A stretch of 64,000 nucleotides of DNA from an uncultured Planctomycetota bacterium (GTDB lineage: Bacteria; Planctomycetota; Planctomycetia; Isosphaerales; Isosphaeraceae). A program made the translations under genes and the position numbers. The stretch spans positions 192,001 through 256,000 of the forward strand of contig CAWJTV010000034.1 of NCBI GenBank assembly GCA_963845755.1, in the 5' to 3' direction. Below are positions 45,742-55,297 of this stretch, in pieces; the first letter of the stretch is position 1; each line of letters begins with the position of its first letter. Below the pieces are notes generated by a model that was not told the origin of the DNA, did no database searches, and saw nothing but the letters and a program-made list of their open reading frames with translations.

Positions 45742-46163
45742 TCGGACCCGCCCCCGTCCGCCCGCGCAGGGGTTACTCCCTGACGGTCGTGCTCATCTTT
45801 CTGATCCTCCTCTTCGCCCTGTGGAGCGCGGCCTCCCGCACATCCTCCAGCTTGCTCAGGATCGAGACGAACCAGGTCCTGCAAGAGACCCGCGACCAGG
45901 GTGCCATGAACGCCCTGGCTCAAGCCGTCCAGTTGCTGCAATATAGCACGCCCTCGGATTCGTCGGACCCCGAGCGCACCCAGTACACTTACGGCGTCCA
46001 AGTGACGGTTACCAGTGCCTCGGGAGCATGTACGACTTCTGACTACACGATTGTCTATACCGCCCCGCCGAATAAGTACCCGTCGAGCTGGGAGATTCAG
46101 GTGTCTGCCGGGTATTACAGCGTCCCGCTGCCCACTCCGGGTGCCAGTCCCCAATGGCCCTGA
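45738..46163 (+). CDS. Minor pilin, PilX/GspK-like (no Glu5)
   Basis: RRG|YSLTVVLIFLILL with a hydrophobic residue at +5; last of the pilin run. Confidence 0.7.
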   Translation: MIGPAPVRPRRGYSLTVVLIFLILLFALWSAASRTSSSLLRIETNQVLQETRDQGAMNALAQAVQLLQYSTPSDSSDPERTQYTYGVQVTVTSASGACTTSDYTIVYTAPPNKYPSSWEIQVSAGYYSVPLPTPGASPQWP

Positions 46164-46238
46164 GAGCAAACCGGACGTCCCAGACTTTGCGGATCCGATT
46201 ACAACACGGGCATCCCGCCTCGGCGCCGTCTGGGCCGT

Positions 46239-47951
46239 TCAGGGACTGATGGACAACTGCGTGCCGGTTTTCCGCCGGTAGACGTGAAATGCGTTGACCC
46301 TGGTCAAGGGCTCGTACTCTCGCAGAAGGGCGGCGAATCGCGGATCCTGGGAGTAGTAATCGAGGTAGTCGAAATGCTTCCAGTTGAAGACCATCTTGTG
46401 ATCGGCTTCATCGACGAAGAGGAGCGAGGGTCGGTACTTCAGCAAGTCATCGACCACCGTTTTAAACAGGGATCGTTCTGCATCACTCATCGTCTCGATG
46501 GGATGATAAACAATAGCGCTCTTGTGGGAATCCTCGGCATACATGGCCGGCAAGAACCAGAGGCAAGGATGACGCGAGGCCCAGCCCACATCGCTGTATG
46601 TGACTAATGGAAACGCGTTCACCAATGCTGGCGAGAACGTGTAAATGCTTCCACCCTTCGCGTGGTCCCTTGCCAGCCGGACCATCCGCCCCAGGGGCGA
46701 GTCCGGGCTGTCCAGAATTCCACTCCACTGCCTCGTCTCGTTCACCCGATCGGTGATGGCCAGTACCAGCAGGATCGCCAGGAGGCCCCCACACACTTCG
46801 CCGACGAGCCTCATGCGAACCGCATCAAGTCCGCCCGACTCGAGCGCGAGCAGTCCCATGAGCAGCATCGCCGAGGCGTACGGCGGGTAATAATGATAGT
46901 GATAGCCCTTGTGCTGAATGAAAACGGCACTCAAGAGGCAGATGTTGGCGATGAGGATGACCTCGCAGCATCTTCGGAGGCTCCCTCGGGGTCGCGCGCA
47001 CAGGAAACCTAGCCAGGCCATCATCGAGACCATCGCCCCCGGCTCGCTGATCAAGGTCGAGAAGGAGAGCATTTTATTATTCAAGTACATAGGGCTGGCC
47101 CACATGACCAGTCTCAGATAGGCCGGAGTGATCGCCAGGATGGCGATCGCATAGGTCACGCCCAGGACAGCCACGACCAGGGCCTCCGGCCGAAGCCAGA
47201 CCCGCCATTCCCGGCGCACGCGGGCGAGGTAAACTTCGACGGCCAACCAGAGCGGGACGAAGTGCGGCTTGAGCAGGATGCCAACCGCTGCCGCGGCCCC
47301 AACGACCCACGGCATCACGCCGTCCATGGGTCGGTCCATCGCTCGGCCCGATGCCATCAACAGGTAGGGCAATGTCAGGGCGATCAAAATATGTTCGCGC
47401 TCTCCGAAATCGTAACCGGTCAACGGCAACAGGATGAAGAGCGAGAGGATCAGAAGAAATCGGCGAGCGGCCGGCCGACCCGGCAGGACCCGGCACAGGG
47501 TCCATTGGGTCATCAGCAGCGAGCTCACGATCAGGCCGAACACGATCAGGCGCAGCCCAAGAACCTCCGAGATACCCACGGCCCGCGCGAAAATCACCGG
47601 CAGGAAGTTGAGCCAGACGATCAACGGTGGATTCGTCTCGACCACGTCCACGTAGAGCCTGTCGCCGGCCAGTACTCGAGCTGCGGCGTGGAGGAGCCAG
47701 GCATCGTCGTGGTTCAGCAGACCCAGGAAAACGGGGAGGACGCCGAGGCCAAACACAGCTAGCATTAAGGCCCCGAAAGCCGCTTGATGCGTGCCTTTTC
47801 CCGACGAAATGGGGACTGGCTCCGAATGGTCGAGGTGGCTATCCCGCCGCCTGCCGGAATTTCTCACGAAAGGATCGAGGTGGTTCGTTTCCGAAGTTTC
47901 GCGCATGGGGTGTAGCATCGAAGTCCCAGGGATCTGTAAAGAGGCGCCCAC
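46239..47951 (-). CDS. Polytopic membrane protein, GT-C-fold glycosyltransferase-like
   Basis: First loop NHDDAWLL...LYVDVVETNPP, GEREH, LKPHF, QHKGYHYH; about 10 or more TMs and a soluble C-terminal domain; start probably downstream of 47951. Confidence 0.6.
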   Translation of the reverse strand: MGASLQIPGTSMLHPMRETSETNHLDPFVRNSGRRRDSHLDHSEPVPISSGKGTHQAAFGALMLAVFGLGVLPVFLGLLNHDDAWLLHAAARVLAGDRLYVDVVETNPPLIVWLNFLPVIFARAVGISEVLGLRLIVFGLIVSSLLMTQWTLCRVLPGRPAARRFLLILSLFILLPLTGYDFGEREHILIALTLPYLLMASGRAMDRPMDGVMPWVVGAAAAVGILLKPHFVPLWLAVEVYLARVRREWRVWLRPEALVVAVLGVTYAIAILAITPAYLRLVMWASPMYLNNKMLSFSTLISEPGAMVSMMAWLGFLCARPRGSLRRCCEVILIANICLLSAVFIQHKGYHYHYYPPYASAMLLMGLLALESGGLDAVRMRLVGEVCGGLLAILLVLAITDRVNETRQWSGILDSPDSPLGRMVRLARDHAKGGSIYTFSPALVNAFPLVTYSDVGWASRHPCLWFLPAMYAEDSHKSAIVYHPIETMSDAERSLFKTVVDDLLKYRPSLLFVDEADHKMVFNWKHFDYLDYYSQDPRFAALLREYEPLTRVNAFHVYRRKTGTQLSISP

Positions 47952-47967
47952 TTCACCGCGATGCTCG

Positions 47968-48838
47968 TCAGGAATTGACCGGAATGAAGTTCAGCGGGTG
48001 ATCGTGATGGACGTCGAGGTCGACGTCTCGCCGACACGACGTTTTCCCGAGTGTGGCGCGGCGGCGACCCGACCTTGCGGCTTGCCGACTCTCCCCCCAT
48101 AGGTCCAGCGGATGGCCGCAAGTCCGAAGGCCGCCTTCAGCCAGTTGAACGGGCCTGAGCTTGGAACCGGCGACGTCGTTCCACTCGTGGAGCGGAAACT
48201 CGTAGATCGCCTGTTCGATCGCAGGTCGTCCCGTCCCGCGGCGGGCGGCGATCGCCCGGGCGACGATCTCGACATCGAAGATCCACCGGCTGCGGAAGGG
48301 CTTCTCGAAGAACGCCTTGACCTCGGGCGTGGCGCGGAACAGCTTTGCCCCACATTGCGTATCATAGAAGTGCACCCCCAGGGCGAGGGAGGCAGCCGTC
48401 GCGAATGCCCGACCGAGATAATGACGAATGGGTTTGCGCGTGACGGCCCGACCGTGCAAGCAGACCCGTGCGCCGAATACCATGTCGATGTCGGGCCGGA
48501 AGTCCAGGATCGAACAAAACGTCCGGATGGCCGCCAGGGGAGTCGCGAGGTCGGCGTCCCAGTAGCCCACATAATCGGGCCGATCGTCGAAGGCTCTAAG
48601 GAGGCCCTGGCGGACAGCCTCGGCCTTGCCGGCATTCTGTCGCAGGTGGCAGACCAGGAAGCGTTCGCGAGCTTCGCGATGCAGCTCGTCGAGCAGATTC
48701 CGGGTTCCGTCCGTGCTCCCGTCGTTGAACGAAGAGGAATCGTGGGTCAGGGTGCTCCTGTGCGAAGTCCCGCAATGCGCGCAGGTCGAGCCTCTTCGCT
48801 TCGTTGTAACAAGGAACGACGACGATCGCCCGTGACAT
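47968..48838 (-). CDS. GT2 polyprenyl-phosphate glycosyltransferase (DPM/DPG synthase-like; frameshifts)
   Basis: VVVPCYNEAKRL, NDGSTDGT, NAGKAEAVRQG, YWDADLATP, DTQCGAKLFR, WIFDVEI, W.DVAGSKL. Confidence 0.88.
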
Positions 48839-48933
48839 GATGATGACCTCAACGAATATCGGCGAATGTTCCCGGCGGAAGGAATCCCACCGGACTCCCG
48901 AACGATGCCGGGATCGGAGAACCGAGCCGCCTC

Positions 48934-49848
48934 CTACAACGGAGCCCTCAAGGACGCATCGGATCGGTGTGGTCGCCGGCTTCGTCCGGCGACGCTGCTG
49001 GTCAAGGGATGACGGTGGCCCGTGGCCGGGTCGTAAAAATCGGGGGCCACGTCACCCGGCTTGTTTCTGGGGACGATCTCCCCGACCTCGCGCCGGATCA
49101 GCGCCACGAGGCTCACTCCGGCCGAGTACCCCCGCCGTCGTCGGCCGGACAGGGCCTCGATGAGTACCCGACCTTCGCCCGCGAGGATCGTCTCCAGGAT
49201 GGCATTGACCGGTCGCCCGGGCAGACTGACGTCGGTCCCGGCCATGCCCGTCGCCCGGCCGCGCCATCGGCTCCAGGCCCGCACTGTGCGAGCGATGGGA
49301 TACAGTCGCGCGTTGAAGTACGACAGGAGGCGTGTCGTGACGGGCAGACCCGACCACGCACGGCTCAGTCGGTCGGGTTCATACCGCCGATAATGCCCAT
49401 TGCTCTCGTCGTGCTCCGACCAGAACGACGGATTGGCCGGCACGGTGATCAAGAAGTGGGCCCCTGGAGTCGATGCGGCCAGCAGTTCGGAGAGGAACGC
49501 AAAATCATCGGGAACGTGCTCGAGGACATCCATGAGCAGGATCAAGCGGGCCTCCTGCATCGCTCCGGCCACGTCGCGGGGCGCGCGTCCCGAGATAAAG
49601 CGCGTCCCGGGGAACCGGCGACGCGCCAGCGCAATCGCCTCGCGCGAGGGATCAATCCCGACGCAGGCGTACTCCCTCTCCATCGAGGCGATGTTCGCAC
49701 CCGTGCCACAACCGACGTCAACCACCGTCTGTCTCTGCCCCGGTGGGACGATCTGCCGGATCAATTCCCCCATGATCCTCCGGCGGCCGGCGAACCACCA
49801 GTGAGAGTCCTCGACCCGCGCGTGAAGCTGAAACTGCGCCGAGTGCAT
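48934..49848 (-). CDS. Class I SAM-dependent methyltransferase
   Basis: EDSHWWFAGRR, VDVGCGTG, MDVLEHVPDD, TVPA...WSEHD...HYRRY. Confidence 0.9.
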   Translation of the reverse strand: MHSAQFQLHARVEDSHWWFAGRRRIMGELIRQIVPPGQRQTVVDVGCGTGANIASMEREYACVGIDPSREAIALARRRFPGTRFISGRAPRDVAGAMQEARLILLMDVLEHVPDDFAFLSELLAASTPGAHFLITVPANPSFWSEHDESNGHYRRYEPDRLSRAWSGLPVTTRLLSYFNARLYPIARTVRAWSRWRGRATGMAGTDVSLPGRPVNAILETILAGEGRVLIEALSGRRRRGYSAGVSLVALIRREVGEIVPRNKPGDVAPDFYDPATGHRHPLTSSVAGRSRRPHRSDASLRAPL

Positions 49849-50451
49849 GGTGAATTCCAGACTCTTTGCCGAGGCTCCATCCCGATGCAGGGACTGACTC
49901 CCTCGTTGCCGTGTTCGGTGTTCCGACTTCGGTTTGATGCAGGATCGACCTACGGAAAACCGTCTCTCGGGAATACGGTCCCGCGAAGCGGCCTGGCATG
50001 GTGATCCTCGACGGGACATCTCCCGCCCTACGGGCAACATAGCTCGCGAGATCGGGACTGTCCGGCAATCCGTCGTTTTTTCGAGACTGCCGCGACGAAT
50101 CCGGTGATCGGCTTGCTCCGGCGCGGGCCCTCCTGAGTGCGGATTGGTGCCGCAGAGAACGGACGGGAATTCGCCCGGTGTCCGGGACACAGACTCGTCT
50201 TTTCGGGAATCACGCTGTCCCTCAGCCCGGCTCCAGTGCGAGTTCCCGATGGCCAACCGGACGACTCGCCTCGGGAGGTCGGGTCCGATCGGCGTCCCGC
50301 ACGTCGTTTCCGGAAGAATCGCGGTTTCGGAAAGAATCAAGACAACCGGACTCTCCGGTCGAGAATATGGATGATAGTGTCGGCTGTCGGCGCGAATGCC
50401 CACACCGACGCTCAGACCGGGTACCCCGAGACGCAGGAGGCGAGGTCGGTC

Positions 50452-51174
50452 ATGGGACGGATCGTTCCGCTGATCGTGATGGTCATTCCTCTGGCGGCGA
50501 GCTGCGGGTGCGCCGGCCCGGGATGGTATCGCGCGATCGGGAACCTGCCCGGCGTTGCCTCCTCCGACTACGCATTTTATTTCTTCTGCTCCACGGCCTC
50601 GCAGCTCTACCAGTTCACACCGCCCCAGGTGGAATCGTCGATGCTGGAAGCGCTGGCCGATCTCGGCTTCAAGGTCGAAGAGCCGCCAAGCCATCAGAAA
50701 GATGGGGAGTGCTTGATCGAGGCCCGTGCCCCCGACGGCCGCCCTACCCGAATCACGATTACGCCCCAGAACGCGATGACCAACGTGAAGGTCGCGGTCG
50801 GCCATTTGCAACTCGGCGATTACGAGCTATCACGCACGCTGCTACGCCGCGTGGCCTTGAATTTCGGCACGGTGATGTGCGCTTATAACCCCGTGGAAAC
50901 GACATTGCCTCGGCGGTTCAATGTGTCGCGTGGGATTCCCGCCTCGCCGCCACCCAGGCCACCCGAAGAGATCGAGGGCGACGGTCTGCGTCCGAGCCCG
51001 GGAGAGGCGGCCACGAACCTCGACGAGCCGGCAATCCCCGGCCAGGTCGCCCCGCCGACTATCCCTCAGACTTTGGGCCTCCCCGGCGCCGCGCAAGGAT
51101 TCATCCCGACGCGCGACTTCCCGAATCCACCCTACATGCCCTATGCCCCATTCCCTTACTATCCTCTACAATGA
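50452..51174 (+). CDS. Lipoprotein, DUF3568-like
   Basis: RBS GGAGG; lipobox-like LAASCGC; VESSMLEALADLG...TNVKVAVG...GDYELSRTLL; Pro-rich tail. Confidence 0.6.
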   Translation: MGRIVPLIVMVIPLAASCGCAGPGWYRAIGNLPGVASSDYAFYFFCSTASQLYQFTPPQVESSMLEALADLGFKVEEPPSHQKDGECLIEARAPDGRPTRITITPQNAMTNVKVAVGHLQLGDYELSRTLLRRVALNFGTVMCAYNPVETTLPRRFNVSRGIPASPPPRPPEEIEGDGLRPSPGEAATNLDEPAIPGQVAPPTIPQTLGLPGAAQGFIPTRDFPNPPYMPYAPFPYYPLQ

Positions 51175-51299
51175 GGATCTTCCCGAGTTGGTGACCGATC
51201 GTCGTCAATTCGAGGCTCGGAGAGGGGCGTGGAAACGTCGATGATACCCACGTCCAACCTGTGACGAATGACCGGATCGAACTGTGCGAGATTTCCATC

Positions 51300-52334
51300 A
51301 TGGATCAGGGCCGCCGTCGCCGCCGCCATCACCGATTTCGACCCGATGTCTCCCTGGCCAGCGACCGGGCCATGATCCTGGATCGGCGGCAATTGCTGTC
51401 CGGCGGATTGACTGCCGATGTCGGCCATCCCGATGCGGCCCATCATGTCGCGCATCCGGAGGCGCACGCGCGCGCTCATGCGAAGGCGCATCCCACGACA
51501 AAACGCGTGGGACCGGCCCAGGAGATCAACACCCAGTACGCCAGGTTCCTCGCCGCATTCCGCGCGATCGAGCAAGCCTACGTCTCGACCCTCAACCAGA
51601 CGACGACCAATACGATCTCAGTCTCTACCACCGTGACGGAGCCCTACGCGGCCGGCTCGCCCGTCATGGTCGTCGATGATGCCACGGTCTTCGGGCCGGC
51701 AGGGACGTTCAGTCCTTCTGTGACCGCGACCGCGGAGGTTGGCGGCATACCCATCGGAACCTTCGTTCTGCTCGGCAGCTCCGGCGACCAGCTCGTCATC
51801 GATGTTTCCAAATCGACCTCGATCCCCTTGAATCCGAACACGATCATCACGGCCAACGTCCCGGTCTCCGCCCAGAATAGCGCCGCCTCGATCTTCCCCA
51901 GTTACATCGGTTCGAGCACGACCCAACTGGCCGTGACGCTGGTCCAGTACTTCAACAACCTGCCGATCCCGCTGCCCCGAAAGTTCGCTCCGGTCCGTCA
52001 GAATCCCCAGACTGGTGCGATTCAGGAATACGTTTACCAGCAGATCGCCAGTGGTCAGGCAAGCAGCCTCAAGTCGGTACTCATGGCGATTACCCTGCCG
52101 ACCACGCCGGGTGGTGACCTCCAGATATACGACGCCGCGGTAAACTCCGCGGTCGCGACATCCCGCCTCCAGGTGCTCGACGGCGTCAAGCAGATCTTTG
52201 CCGGAAAGTATCAGGTCGCGCCCGTGACTTCCTCGACCACAAGCGGAACCGGAACCACGTCGACCAGCACCAGCTCCTCGTCATCGACCGGCTCCTCGTC
52301 ACCGACCTCCGGGTCGTCAACTACAGCCGCATAA
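51300..52334 (+). CDS. Putative exported protein with degenerate LE-x-R-x-LLS leader and Ser/Thr-rich tail
   Basis: RRRRRHHRFRP...LDRRQLLSG; His/Ala linker; tail TSSTTSGTGTTSTSTSSSSS. Confidence 0.7.
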   Translation: MDQGRRRRRHHRFRPDVSLASDRAMILDRRQLLSGGLTADVGHPDAAHHVAHPEAHARAHAKAHPTTKRVGPAQEINTQYARFLAAFRAIEQAYVSTLNQTTTNTISVSTTVTEPYAAGSPVMVVDDATVFGPAGTFSPSVTATAEVGGIPIGTFVLLGSSGDQLVIDVSKSTSIPLNPNTIITANVPVSAQNSAASIFPSYIGSSTTQLAVTLVQYFNNLPIPLPRKFAPVRQNPQTGAIQEYVYQQIASGQASSLKSVLMAITLPTTPGGDLQIYDAAVNSAVATSRLQVLDGVKQIFAGKYQVAPVTSSTTSGTGTTSTSTSSSSSTGSSSPTSGSSTTAA

Positions 52335-52704
52335 CCCTGGACGGGAGGCGGCCTCGGCACGCTCGCCCGTTTCCTCGTTGTGACGGAGAGGCCACGAATG
52401 ACTCCGTGTATTTTCGGCCAACTCCGCCCTTGAACGAACGTGACCCCAGGTAATCTGACCTCGACAGACTGCATCCTGGGCGTGGGCTCGGTCGCCTGAA
52501 CAGAACGAGGCCGTCAGACGTCCTCTCGGGCACTTCACCAAAATGAACCGAGCATGGGCATCACATGATTTTTTGCGACAAGAAGTGAAAGTGATGGCGT
52601 AGAGTTCTTTCATGGAGCTCTCGCGGGACATGCCAAATCTCGCCCGTTTCGGTTGGAGTCCACTGGTCGTATTTTCAGTAAGTTCCGTCAAGGGCGGGCC
52701 AACC

Positions 52705-53397
52705 ATGAGCGAGCCGATTGCGAAGACGATCGCTTCGACCCCCGATCGATCGAGAACTCCTCCGCGGGAGCAACGGCGATGGATTCGCTATACACCCAAG
52801 ACGACTCGGGCGTCGTTGAGTTGGGATGAGGGTTCCCAGCGCATTCGGTGCGACGCGAACCTGGTCGATATCAGCGGGGGAGGCGCGGCCTTGCTATGCG
52901 ATCGAGCGCCGGGTCCGGACGAGCCGCTGTGGCTGCGATTGGAATCCGGCTCGACCACGATGGAAGACGTGGAGGCTCGATCCATCGCGATTTCGGATGA
53001 TCCCGCGGGTAAGCGTCTGGTCCGACTCCGGTTTACGTCCTGGGTCTCGCTAGATTCGGTGCTTGGGCAACTGGAGGAACGCCGGCTCTGGCAGCGCTAT
53101 CCGGCCCGCGAGAAACGCGCGCGACTGACGTGGCACGAAGCGGGCAGTCAGCGAACGATCCAGGGTGAGCTGTTGAATATCAGCGGCGGTGGCGCGGCCA
53201 TCATCACCGACGCCGAGCCCACGCCTGACGCCCCGGCCTGGCTGGAGCTGGCGACCGAGGCGGCTGTGATCGACCCGGTCGAATCCAAGGTACTCGGCAT
53301 TTCGTTCGACCCTTCCGGTCAGAAGTTCGTCCGACTGACGTTCGTCGGAACCTGTCCCATCGAGTTCTTCGAGCTGGTCGTGCATGGCTCGATGTAG
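52705..53397 (+). CDS. Tandem PilZ-domain protein
   Basis: Two domains each with RxxxR (RRWIR; RLWQR) and D/NxSxxG (DISGGG; NISGGG). Confidence 0.88.
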   Translation: MSEPIAKTIASTPDRSRTPPREQRRWIRYTPKTTRASLSWDEGSQRIRCDANLVDISGGGAALLCDRAPGPDEPLWLRLESGSTTMEDVEARSIAISDDPAGKRLVRLRFTSWVSLDSVLGQLEERRLWQRYPAREKRARLTWHEAGSQRTIQGELLNISGGGAAIITDAEPTPDAPAWLELATEAAVIDPVESKVLGISFDPSGQKFVRLTFVGTCPIEFFELVVHGSM

Positions 53398-53600
53398 GCT
53401 TCTTGACGAGCAGACTCGCGGGGACAACTCCCGACATCGGGCTGCCGCGCAACTGGTTATCCAGACGCCGACGCGCATGCGCGAGGAATGCGCTCGGTTG
53501 CTGTGAGAGGGGAGAGAACCTTCCGCCGGGCGGTTCCAGGGATTAGATTAGTATCGAGCGGTCCCTTGAGCTTTGCCCTTGGGGCGAAAGGAGCTGAGCG

Positions 53601-54173
53601 ATGAGGCGCGCTCGATTCTCGATTCGTGGGCTGATGCTGGCGATCGTGCTGCTTGCCGCGGCCTTCGCCGCGCTCCGGACTCCTTCGCGCTTCTGGGCCA
53701 ATACCTGGTTCTCGATGGCCCTTGCCGGCGTCACGCTGGCGGTTCCCGCGGCCCTGTGCACTCGCGATGGAGACAGGGCGTTCTGGTGCGGGTTCGCCAC
53801 CTGCGGCTGGGTTTACTTCCTCGTCTCACTGGGGCCCTGGATTCACAGGGAAACCAGCTTCCAGCTCGTGACGACGACCTTGCTGGACATCGCGGCGCCG
53901 CACATCATCGAGCGGGAGTACCTGCTCCGCAGCTACATGGCCGGGTTCAACCCGCCGAGTGCCCCCCAGGCACCGACGCCCTGGCAGGTCTGGAATCTGC
54001 CGGACTTTACCGAGGGCGAGGTCTGGCACCTGGGTTATGCCACCCTCCAATGCCCAGGCCTGTATCTGCGGATCGGCCATGCGGCCCTCTGTCTCCTGCT
54101 CGCGTTCTTCGGCGGCGAGGTGGCTCGGTACGTCCATGCGTCGCACTCGGGACCAGGAGTGCCAAGTCGATGA
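53601..54173 (+). CDS. Membrane protein with planctomycete RFSIRxLM N-terminus
   Basis: RBS AAGGAG; MRRARFSIRGLMLAIVLLAAAFAAL; RAFWCGF...GWVY; 4 TMs. Confidence 0.8.
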   Translation: MRRARFSIRGLMLAIVLLAAAFAALRTPSRFWANTWFSMALAGVTLAVPAALCTRDGDRAFWCGFATCGWVYFLVSLGPWIHRETSFQLVTTTLLDIAAPHIIEREYLLRSYMAGFNPPSAPQAPTPWQVWNLPDFTEGEVWHLGYATLQCPGLYLRIGHAALCLLLAFFGGEVARYVHASHSGPGVPSR

Positions 54174-54550
54174 CAGAAAGATCGGCCGTTAGGCGACGGA
54201 TTCAATTCTCGTTGCGCTCGCTCCTGGTCGTGACGGGACTTCTGGCCCTGCTCCTCACGCCTGTGGCCTGGATGGCGCGCCAGCGCGAGCAGGTGCGCCA
54301 GGCGCGCGACGAGGCCATTCGCTCCTTCTATCTGGAACAGCAGTATCGCGACGAACAGCGTAAGGGGAAGGTTGCCGAAATTGCGGCGATCGATCGGGCC
54401 GGCTCGATCCAGGCACTGCAGGACATACCTCCAAGGTCGCACGACACGACCGCTCAGATTGAGCAACTCGAGCGCGAGAACGCCGAATTGAAGAAAACGG
54501 TTGAGCTCCTCCGCCGAGAGATCCAGCGGCGGAAAGACCTGAACCGTTGA
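54170..54550 (+). CDS. Small TM plus coiled-coil protein with QFSLRSLL N-terminus
   Basis: ATGA overlap with the upstream stop; QFSLRSLLVVTGLLALLL; IEQLERENAELKKTVELLRREI. Confidence 0.7.
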   Translation: MTERSAVRRRIQFSLRSLLVVTGLLALLLTPVAWMARQREQVRQARDEAIRSFYLEQQYRDEQRKGKVAEIAAIDRAGSIQALQDIPPRSHDTTAQIEQLERENAELKKTVELLRREIQRRKDLNR

Positions 54551-54609
54551 AGCGGATCGCGAGCCGGCCCCGCGTTCGAACCCTCCGATAGCCCCTGGTG
54601 GCTGCCCCT

Positions 54610-54638
54610 TTGACAAGCGGGAGTTCCAGCCGTATGAT
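54610..54638 (+). promoter_or_regulatory. Sigma70-type promoter
   Basis: TTGACA (54610-54615), 17 nt spacer, TATGAT (54633-54638), immediately before the riboswitch. Confidence 0.8.
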
Positions 54639-54644
54639 CTCGGA

Positions 54645-54848
54645 TGCTTCGGGTGCGGGTGGCCGAGCGTCGCGGTCTGCGACGGCCGGCAAACAGGGAA
54701 TCCGGTGTGAATCCGGAACGGTCCCGCCGCTGTAACCGAGCGTCCAAGGGCTCCGCCCCTCTTTTGCCATTGTCGCGCCGGCCTGGAAGCAGGCTGGACC
54801 GATGAGAAGGCCGGGAGCCCCAGCTCGGAAGTCAGAAGACCTACCCCC
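54645..54848 (+). ncRNA. Cobalamin riboswitch
   Basis: GGTG...AAACAGGGAATCCGGTGTGAATCCGGAACGGTCCCGCCGCTGTAA...GCCATTG...GAGAAGGC...AAGTCAGAAGACCTACC (B12 box). Confidence 0.93.
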
Positions 54849-55011
54849 ACCGACGTCGGTGCGACTCCGCGAGGGACGGAGAGCCCGGACCAAACCCCTC
54901 ACCACGAGGAGCCGGAATCGGCGTCGCGACGCGGATCGATGCACCCCCCTGCCCCGTACCGGGCGGGGTGCTCGGCACGATGTGCGCCGCGTCTCGCCCG
55001 CTGGTAGATCC

Positions 55012-55237
55012 ATGAATGGGAACACGATCGGTCGTTCGCGCACGCGCTGGTTCAGCGCCTCGATGAGTTCTGGCCTGATGCTGATCGCCCTCGCATTGGG
55101 GGGCTGCGGCAACTCGTCCGACGTGATGGAGATCCCCGAAGGCGCACGCACGTCGGCGCTCCAGAAGAAGGTCGATGTCCAGCCACGAGCCGTGAAGTCA
55201 TCGAAGCCCGGACAGCGGCCCGCCGAACGGCCGTTGA
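55012..55237 (+). CDS. Small lipoprotein in the riboswitch operon (3' end uncertain)
   Basis: MNGN...LMLIALALGGC lipobox; Lys/Pro-rich tail. The frame runs into the next gene, so a frameshift before TGA 55235-55237 is inferred. Confidence 0.5.
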
Positions 55238-55297
55238 CCGAGGTGCCGCTCCAGCAACCCCGGATCCTCACCAATCGCAAGATCGAGAGAACTTCTG

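Noticed and set aside
48934..50811. 625-aa methyltransferase ORF with a long N-terminal extension
   Set aside because: The first ~320 aa are antisense/intergenic read-through; the recognisable protein starts at ATG 49848.
53573..54550. Single 325-aa ORF
   Set aside because: Better explained as two coupled genes, 53601-54173 and 54170-54550.
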